DNA from: a virus
Taxonomy: Duplodnaviria; Heunggongvirae; Uroviricota; Caudoviricetes
Length of the DNA: 2,875 nt
IMG/VR virus record: IMGVR_UViG_2693429700_000017
Strand: one strand, 5' to 3'
Part shown: piece after piece, positions 1-2,875 of the stretch
How the letters are laid out: the number at the start of each line of letters is the position of its first letter
Numbering within the stretch: position 1 is the stretch's first letter
Notes under the pieces: model-generated
The model's database searches: none
The model's input: the letters and a program-made list of their open reading frames with translations, nothing else
What the model was told of the DNA's origin: nothing
Made by a program: the position numbers and the translations under genes

Positions 1-97
1 CCTTTGCGGTAAATTTACATCGCACTCCTCTTGTGCCATAGTAATCGGGCACTGGCAAAATCCAGTGCCGGGATTGGCGTCCCGGATTACTAAAAGG
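1..97. repeat. 97-bp direct repeat, copy 1 (identical to 2779-2875); may extend beyond the window edge
   Basis: Base-by-base comparison of 1-97 with 2779-2875 shows 97/97 identity. Contains the palindrome GTAAATTTAC (9-18) and a hairpin GGCACTGG-CAAAAT-CCAGTGCC (48-69). Confidence 0.9.
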
Positions 98-104
98 CGC
101 ATTC

Positions 105-124
105 ACCGCGCAAGCGGTTTTTTT
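105..124 (+). terminator. Candidate intrinsic terminator immediately 3' of the repeat
   Basis: Stem ACCGC (105-109), GCAA tetraloop (110-113), stem GCGGT (114-118), followed by a run of 7 T (118-124). The stem is only 5 bp, so the call is moderate. Confidence 0.45.
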
Positions 125-281
125 ATGCGTATAGCACGGCCACATTCGTATTATGGTGGGCTGTGTGGGGGCACCGAAAGGTGCGCCGGGTCCTTTTAGC
201 CGGTTACGCCAACCCTGCACAGTTCACCACCAACCGATTGGCGTCGGTAGTGGTGATTAACCAGACTAAAAGGTAACCACT

Positions 282-977
282 ATGACAGCTACAAAAAGCA
301 CGTCCATTTTTTCTTTCGAATCCCAAGCCGATATACGGGTAATCGTCATTAATGGTGAGCCATGGTTTATCGCTTCAGATGTTTGTCGGGCTATAGGCAT
401 AGCAAACCATCGAGATGCTGTTCGAAAACTTGATGATGATGAGAAGGGCGTCGCTTCAACCGACACCCCTGGCGGTGAGCAAGAATCGATCATCATCTCC
501 GAGTCAGGCCTCTACACACTGATCCTCCGCTGCCGCGACGCAGTGACACCAGGCACTATCCCCTACCGCTTTCGTAAATGGGTTACAGGTGAGGTTCTTC
601 CTCAGATCCGCCGCACCGGAAGTTACATTAAAAACTCGCTCCCGCAGGAAGAACGCATAAAGATGGTTGCCGACCAGGTAGCCAACGCCACGGCGTCAGC
701 AGTGATAAAGGCGATGAAGATAGAGAACAAAACCTACAGCGCCCCGCTGAAGCCAGGCTACCGCAGCCTGATTCACTCGCCGTCTGGTGTTCTCGGCCTG
801 ACGGAGAACTCACTGCTGATGAATCTGCTGAACCAGTTACAGGAAGACGGGCACGACGTATCGGGCGCGGCGGCGGAGCTGACCACCATGTTCTGCTACA
901 TCGTCGGTGTGAGCAAATGCCTGCGTGATATCCAGACGCACGCGGAGTACATCAACGACAAAGCAGGGTTCTTCTGA
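282..977 (+). CDS. Bro-N domain protein (phage antirepressor-like, KilA-N/Bro-N superfamily) with an uncharacterised C-terminal half
   Basis: 231-aa ORF with AAGG Shine-Dalgarno (270-273) 8 nt upstream of ATG. The N-terminal ~110 aa carry the hallmark Bro-N pattern: F-x-F, VINGEPWF-x-A-x-DV, LDDDEKG, GG-x-Q, ISESGLY-x-LIL, FRKWVTGEVLPQIRRTGSY. The C-terminal ~115 aa have no motif I recognise. Assignment is from remembered family consensus, not a search. Confidence 0.8.
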   Translation: MTATKSTSIFSFESQADIRVIVINGEPWFIASDVCRAIGIANHRDAVRKLDDDEKGVASTDTPGGEQESIIISESGLYTLILRCRDAVTPGTIPYRFRKWVTGEVLPQIRRTGSYIKNSLPQEERIKMVADQVANATASAVIKAMKIENKTYSAPLKPGYRSLIHSPSGVLGLTENSLLMNLLNQLQEDGHDVSGAAAELTTMFCYIVGVSKCLRDIQTHAEYINDKAGFF

Positions 978-985
978 CGGGCGGT

Positions 986-1010
986 GGCACAGGGATGTGC
1001 CTTTAAATAA
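986..1010 (+). terminator. Weak candidate terminator or attenuator after ORF1
   Basis: Perfect hairpin GGCACA-GGGA-TGTGCC (986-1001) followed by TTTAAATAATT. The T tract is interrupted, so it is probably leaky at best. Confidence 0.3.
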
Positions 1011-1021
1011 TTCTGTACAGA

Positions 1022-1050
1022 TTGCAGACTGGGGCTGAATAGCGTACTAT
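1022..1050 (+). promoter_or_regulatory. Candidate sigma70 promoter for ORF2 (TTGCAG-17 nt-TACTAT)
   Basis: -35-like TTGCAG (1022-1027) and -10-like TACTAT (1045-1050) with a 17-nt spacer. Hexamer match only; no experimental support. Confidence 0.3.
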
Positions 1051-1101
1051 TACCTCACGGGTGATCCATAGCGATTAGGCACCGATACAGGAGGAGCCCA
1101 C

Positions 1102-1134
1102 ATGAGAAAATTTGACGAGTACGAAGGCGTTTAA
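1102..1134 (+). CDS. Possible 10-codon leader micro-ORF (MRKFDEYEGV) with a strong Shine-Dalgarno
   Basis: AGGAGG at 1089-1094, 7 nt upstream of ATG 1102; stop TAA at 1132-1134. It lies in the ORF2 5' leader, upstream of the palindrome at 1149-1167. Very short, so it could be fortuitous. Confidence 0.2.
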   Translation: MRKFDEYEGV

Positions 1135-1148
1135 CATTCGGATAGTTC

Positions 1149-1167
1149 ATTTACCCTAATGGTAAAT
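1149..1167. promoter_or_regulatory. Operator-like palindrome, site B: ATTTACC-CTAAT-GGTAAAT
   Basis: Perfect 7-bp inverted repeat with a 5-bp spacer, 39 bp upstream of the ORF2 start. Same half-site as the palindromes at 2682-2698 and 2775-2792. Confidence 0.5.
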
Positions 1168-1205
1168 CCCGCTTAAAGAAGCATCTATATATTATGAGGT
1201 GATGT

Positions 1206-1841
1206 ATGCCACAACAACTGCTGAATCCGGCAAAGGTAACTGAGGTTTTCGCTCATCTGAACGAAACTCCAGACAACCGCGCCCTGTATTCAGAGTTAGT
1301 GAACGGCAACGATGTCACATCTGATGTCAAAGGCGTTTCTCTGGCTCCTGGATACCGCGTTGTCCGTGTAGACGATCGTAAGAAAGGCGAGATTCCACAG
1401 GCGCACTTTGAACTGTCATTGATAAATGACCTCACCGAAGAGGTAGTGTATTACAATCGTGTCATTATCCAGCCTGACAGCTATCTTAACTGCCGTCCTG
1501 TCACGCAGATATTGGTATGGAGAACCCAGAAGCCTAAGCATCGTGCTGTGCTTCATGATTTCGCCGGCATCATCTTCATGAACTACCTCTTGGAACGGTA
1601 CGATATCATCGTGTCTGATCGCAACCAGACTCATGAAGGCATGTCGTTCTGGCAGGCTCGCATGTATGACGCACTGGAACTTGGCCTCCACCTCTATGGT
1701 TACGACATGATGACATGCGAGCTGATAGAGATGAATAACGAGGAAGAGCTTGAGAAAGGTGAAACCTGGTTGTGGGGTGATGCGGAAAACTTCCAAAACA
1801 GATTGGCCATAATTTCAAAGCATAAGCTGCCAATAAAATAG
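1206..1841 (+). CDS. Hypothetical protein, 211 aa, no recognisable domain
   Basis: Uninterrupted 636-nt ORF with GAGGT Shine-Dalgarno (1196-1200) 5 nt before ATG, and a canonical intrinsic terminator directly downstream. No transmembrane segment, no signal peptide and no catalytic motif I can name. Acidic C-terminal stretch (EMNNEEELEKGE). Confidence 0.75.
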   Translation: MPQQLLNPAKVTEVFAHLNETPDNRALYSELVNGNDVTSDVKGVSLAPGYRVVRVDDRKKGEIPQAHFELSLINDLTEEVVYYNRVIIQPDSYLNCRPVTQILVWRTQKPKHRAVLHDFAGIIFMNYLLERYDIIVSDRNQTHEGMSFWQARMYDALELGLHLYGYDMMTCELIEMNNEEELEKGETWLWGDAENFQNRLAIISKHKLPIK

Positions 1842-1849
1842 TTCTTTAA

Positions 1850-1870
1850 GCCCGCGACGCGGGCTTTTTT
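1850..1870 (+). terminator. Rho-independent terminator of ORF2
   Basis: GCCCGCG-A-CGCGGGC perfect GC-rich inverted repeat (1850-1864) followed by TTTTTT (1865-1870), 9 nt after the ORF2 stop codon. Confidence 0.75.
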
Positions 1871-1884
1871 GTGTCTGCGGATTC

Positions 1885-1896
1885 CCGCCCGGGCGG
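1885..1896. repeat. GC-only 12-bp palindrome CCGCCCGGGCGG between the two terminators
   Basis: Perfect palindrome read directly from the sequence; function unknown. Confidence 0.3.
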
Positions 1897-1910
1897 CGGT
1901 GGCATTCGTT

Positions 1911-1934
1911 AAAAACAAGGCCGCAAGAGCGGCC
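1911..1934 (-). terminator. Rho-independent terminator of ORF3 (minus strand)
   Basis: GGCCGC-AAGA-GCGGCC (1919-1934) read on the minus strand is followed by TTGTTTTT (complement of 1911-1918). The stem overlaps the ORF3 stop codon by 1 nt. Confidence 0.6.
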
Positions 1935-2662
1935 TAGCGTTTCGCTTTGTGCTCGTCCCAGCACGTTTTGCACCATGCCATTAAGCCATCCGCATTTTGA
2001 TTATTAGGGTAAAAGCTGGTTCGTTTTCTGCGGACATTACAAATTGGGCACCACTTCATATGACGTGTATTCTTTGGGCCATCGAGACACCTTGCACACC
2101 ACTTAGTCAATCCATCTGGATTTTTTGACGATTTCCTGAATTTTTCATATGGAAGGTTTATTCTGCATCGCAAACACTGCTTGCGGGCACTTGAAACTTC
2201 GTTAGCTGATTCTTCTTTTGACGGCGATACAGAAGGTATTCTTGCTGGCTCTGATACTGCCTGAGGTGCTTTTCTAGGTGACTGAGACGATACGTCATCA
2301 CCAGGGAATCTTCCATGATATGCCGGACGCGTTAACACCCCAGGTGGAAGCTCTGCTGTAAATGGCTTTGGCTGAATCAGTTGCCTCTCTTTTGCTAACT
2401 CCTGCTGTTTATAATATGTCTGGATTACCGCACTATCATAAGCAGAAGGTGCGGAAATATTAGGCGCATTACCTCCAGTTTTTTGAAACTGAGTAGAGGT
2501 GTGTTCTATCACCTGTGTACGATTAATCGTTATCTCCCCATCTTCGGTCTTTATCGTTTTGTTATGATTAACGACCGTACGATCAGAGATCTTAGTCTTG
2601 TTCTGGTTGATAACGTAAATAATCACCGCAACCACACCAACAACTATCCAGAAAACTTCCAT
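1934..2662 (-). CDS. Membrane-anchored protein with two tandem C4 zinc-ribbon-like repeats (hypothetical)
   Basis: 242-aa ORF with GAGGAA Shine-Dalgarno 5 nt upstream of the ATG (minus strand). N-terminal hydrophobic helix (EVFWIVVGVVAVIIYVI) followed by basic residues. Pro/Ser-rich low-complexity linker. The C-terminal ~72 aa hold two 30-residue repeats with identical spacing C-x2-C-x8-F-x7-DGL-x2-WC-x2-C. This gene is the most AT-rich in the window (hand counts about 35-47% GC in 60-nt samples). Confidence 0.75.
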   Translation of the reverse strand: MEVFWIVVGVVAVIIYVINQNKTKISDRTVVNHNKTIKTEDGEITINRTQVIEHTSTQFQKTGGNAPNISAPSAYDSAVIQTYYKQQELAKERQLIQPKPFTAELPPGVLTRPAYHGRFPGDDVSSQSPRKAPQAVSEPARIPSVSPSKEESANEVSSARKQCLRCRINLPYEKFRKSSKNPDGLTKWCARCLDGPKNTRHMKWCPICNVRRKRTSFYPNNQNADGLMAWCKTCWDEHKAKR

Positions 2663-2681
2663 TGCTTTTCCTCACAATAAC

Positions 2682-2698
2682 ATTACCTTAAAGGTAAT
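2682..2698. promoter_or_regulatory. Operator-like palindrome, site C: ATTACC-TTAAA-GGTAAT
   Basis: Perfect 6-bp inverted repeat with a 5-bp spacer, 20-36 bp upstream of the ORF3 start codon. Same half-site as sites A and B. Confidence 0.5.
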
Positions 2699-2719
2699 AT
2701 CTTGCTTTCAGGTGATCAA
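2691..2719 (-). promoter_or_regulatory. Candidate ORF3 promoter (minus strand TTGATC-17 nt-TACCTT) overlapping site C
   Basis: Minus-strand -35-like TTGATC (complement of 2714-2719) and a weak -10-like TACCTT (complement of 2691-2696). The -10 is poor and sits inside the palindrome; low confidence. Confidence 0.2.
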
Positions 2720-2750
2720 GCGTTAAACGCAATCAACCAAATACGGTTGA
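2720..2750. promoter_or_regulatory. Two further palindromes in the region upstream of ORF3: GCGTT-A-AACGC and TCAACC-N6-GGTTGA
   Basis: Perfect inverted repeats at 2720-2730 and 2733-2750, read directly. They could be regulator sites or RNA hairpins. Confidence 0.3.
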
Positions 2751-2774
2751 TTTTAATATTTCTTCGCGTTTATC

Positions 2775-2792
2775 ATTACCTTTGCGGTAAAT
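2775..2792. promoter_or_regulatory. Operator-like palindrome, site A: ATTACC-TTTGC-GGTAAAT, straddling the start of the terminal repeat
   Basis: Half-site ATTACC (2775-2780), 5-bp spacer, half-site GGTAAAT (2786-2792). The right half and spacer recur at window positions 3-14. Overlaps the palindrome GTAAATTTAC. Confidence 0.45.
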
Positions 2793-2875
2793 TTACATCG
2801 CACTCCTCTTGTGCCATAGTAATCGGGCACTGGCAAAATCCAGTGCCGGGATTGGCGTCCCGGATTACTAAAAGG
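2779..2875. repeat. 97-bp direct repeat, copy 2 (identical to 1-97)
   Basis: 97/97 identity with window positions 1-97; it ends exactly at the window edge, so the true repeat may be longer. Confidence 0.9.

Noticed and set aside
1-97. Possibility that the terminal repeat is a tRNA 3' fragment, as is common for att sites
   Set aside because: No T-arm consensus (GGTTCGANTCC-like), no acceptor stem and no CCA end are recognisable. The hairpins present do not fit a cloverleaf.
123-154. Possible sigma70 promoter for ORF1 (TATTAT at 149-154)
   Set aside because: No acceptable -35 hexamer at 16-18 bp spacing and no extended -10 TG; too weak to call.
72-245. Exact 10-mer GATTGGCGTC shared between the repeat (72-81) and the ORF1 leader (236-245), both within hairpin loops
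   Set aside because: Roughly four exact 10-mer pairs are expected by chance in a 2.9-kb window, and the match does not extend, so on its own it is not significant. Worth revisiting only if it is conserved in homologues.
266-496. 76-aa ORF on the minus strand
   Set aside because: It lies wholly antisense to the start and Bro-N domain of ORF1 and has no convincing ribosome-binding site; most likely a shadow ORF.
628-813. 61-aa ORF on the minus strand
   Set aside because: Fully embedded antisense in ORF1 with a low-complexity Ser/Cys/Arg-rich translation typical of a GC-rich shadow frame.
1253-1918. Four overlapping minus-strand ORFs (1253-1435, 1416-1796, 1606-1833, 1700-1918)
   Set aside because: All are antisense to ORF2. 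The last runs through both terminator hairpins. They overlap each other in different frames, and none has a clear start context.
2483-2680. 65-aa ORF on the plus strand
   Set aside because: Antisense to the N-terminal part of ORF3 and overlapping its start and ribosome-binding site; no Shine-Dalgarno of its own.
1-2875. CRISPR array, insertion sequence or integron cassette interpretation of the repeats
   Set aside because: Only two repeat copies 2.7 kb apart, so not CRISPR. The terminal repeats are direct rather than inverted and no transposase is present, so not an IS. GTTAAAC at 2722-2728 matches the integron core GTTRRRY, but it overlaps its own complement within one palindrome, and there is no intI or proper attC architecture.

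Overview
The window is a single compact 2,778-bp unit bounded by a perfect 97-bp direct repeat (1-97 = 2779-2875), so it is either a small circular or tandem element, or a cassette with att-like direct-repeat ends. It carries three well-supported genes. ORF1 (282-977, +) is a Bro-N-domain, antirepressor-like protein with an unrecognised C-terminal half. ORF2 (1206-1841, +) is a 211-aa protein I cannot assign to any family. ORF3 (1934-2662, -) is convergent and encodes an N-terminally membrane-anchored protein with two tandem C4 zinc-ribbon-like repeats of identical spacing. ORF2 and ORF3 are separated by back-to-back intrinsic terminators. A palindromic motif ATT(T)ACC-N5-GGTAA(A)T recurs at three intergenic positions, which suggests one dimeric regulator controls the module. 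My reading is a phage-derived accessory module, possibly defence, exclusion or regulatory; function is inference only. All calls come from reading the sequence and ORF track; no homology search or folding was run.
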